DNA of 33,059 nucleotides from Perkinsus olseni (Eukaryota). Position numbers and translations under genes: made by a program. Under the pieces are notes generated by a model. The model did not search any database, was not told where the DNA came from, and saw only the letters and a list, made by a program, of their open reading frames with translations. The DNA lies in contig JABANN010000393.1 in assembly GCA_013115125.1 (NCBI GenBank), positions 1 through 33,059 of the forward strand, given 5' to 3'. Shown piece by piece: positions 32,935 through 33,059 of this stretch; the stretch's first letter is position 1; every line of letters starts with the position of its first letter.

Positions 32935-32987
32935 TGGCAATAAGCGAGACGGATAGCCTCGGTCCAGCTACAAATAGCTGCACTTCA

Positions 32988-33059
32988 TACTCTGGGCGGG
33001 ACTTGAACCCGCAACCTTTGGATTAGAAGTCCAACGCTCTATCCGATTGAGCCACCAGA
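32988..33059 (-). tRNA. trnR-UCU: tRNA-Arg, anticodon TCT; first two nucleotides lie beyond the window end
   Basis: Reverse complement TCTGG-TG-GCTC-AATCGGATA-GAGC-G-TTGGA-CTTCTAA-TCCAA-AGGTT-GCGGG-TTCAAGT-CCCGC-CCAGAGT-A folds as a cloverleaf. Confidence 0.95.

Noticed and set aside
20025-33059. 13 kb tRNA-flanked integrated element or inversion cassette
   Set aside because: The contents are housekeeping genes, no integrase or RT is present, and the tRNAs differ by compensatory changes.

Overview
Gene-dense eukaryotic nuclear DNA with many 43-60 nt GT-AG introns and runs of co-directional genes. This style suggests an alveolate protist, most likely Perkinsus sp. (inference, not a database result). 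Reading across introns by hand gives these genes: succinyl-CoA ligase beta subunit, two 2OG-Fe(II) dioxygenases, two ankyrin-repeat proteins, an ABC1/AarF (UbiB) kinase, an NPRL3/Npr3 (GATOR1) orthologue, a BET-like protein (AT-hook, atypical bromodomain, ET domain, SEED tail), proteasome subunit RPN2, and several hypothetical genes. Two inverted tRNA-Arg(UCU) genes are present, the second cut by the window end. Unexplained non-coding structure: (i) many short introns fold into hairpins that often pair the 5' splice site; (ii) a recurring GTATCTTAGGTTGA motif occurs in introns and heads the units of a degenerate tandem repeat; (iii) a ~125 bp element occurs twice, in introns, in opposite orientations. 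Exon boundaries were assigned by eye, and unanchored gene ends are approximate. No CRISPR array, rRNA or autonomous transposon was recognised.
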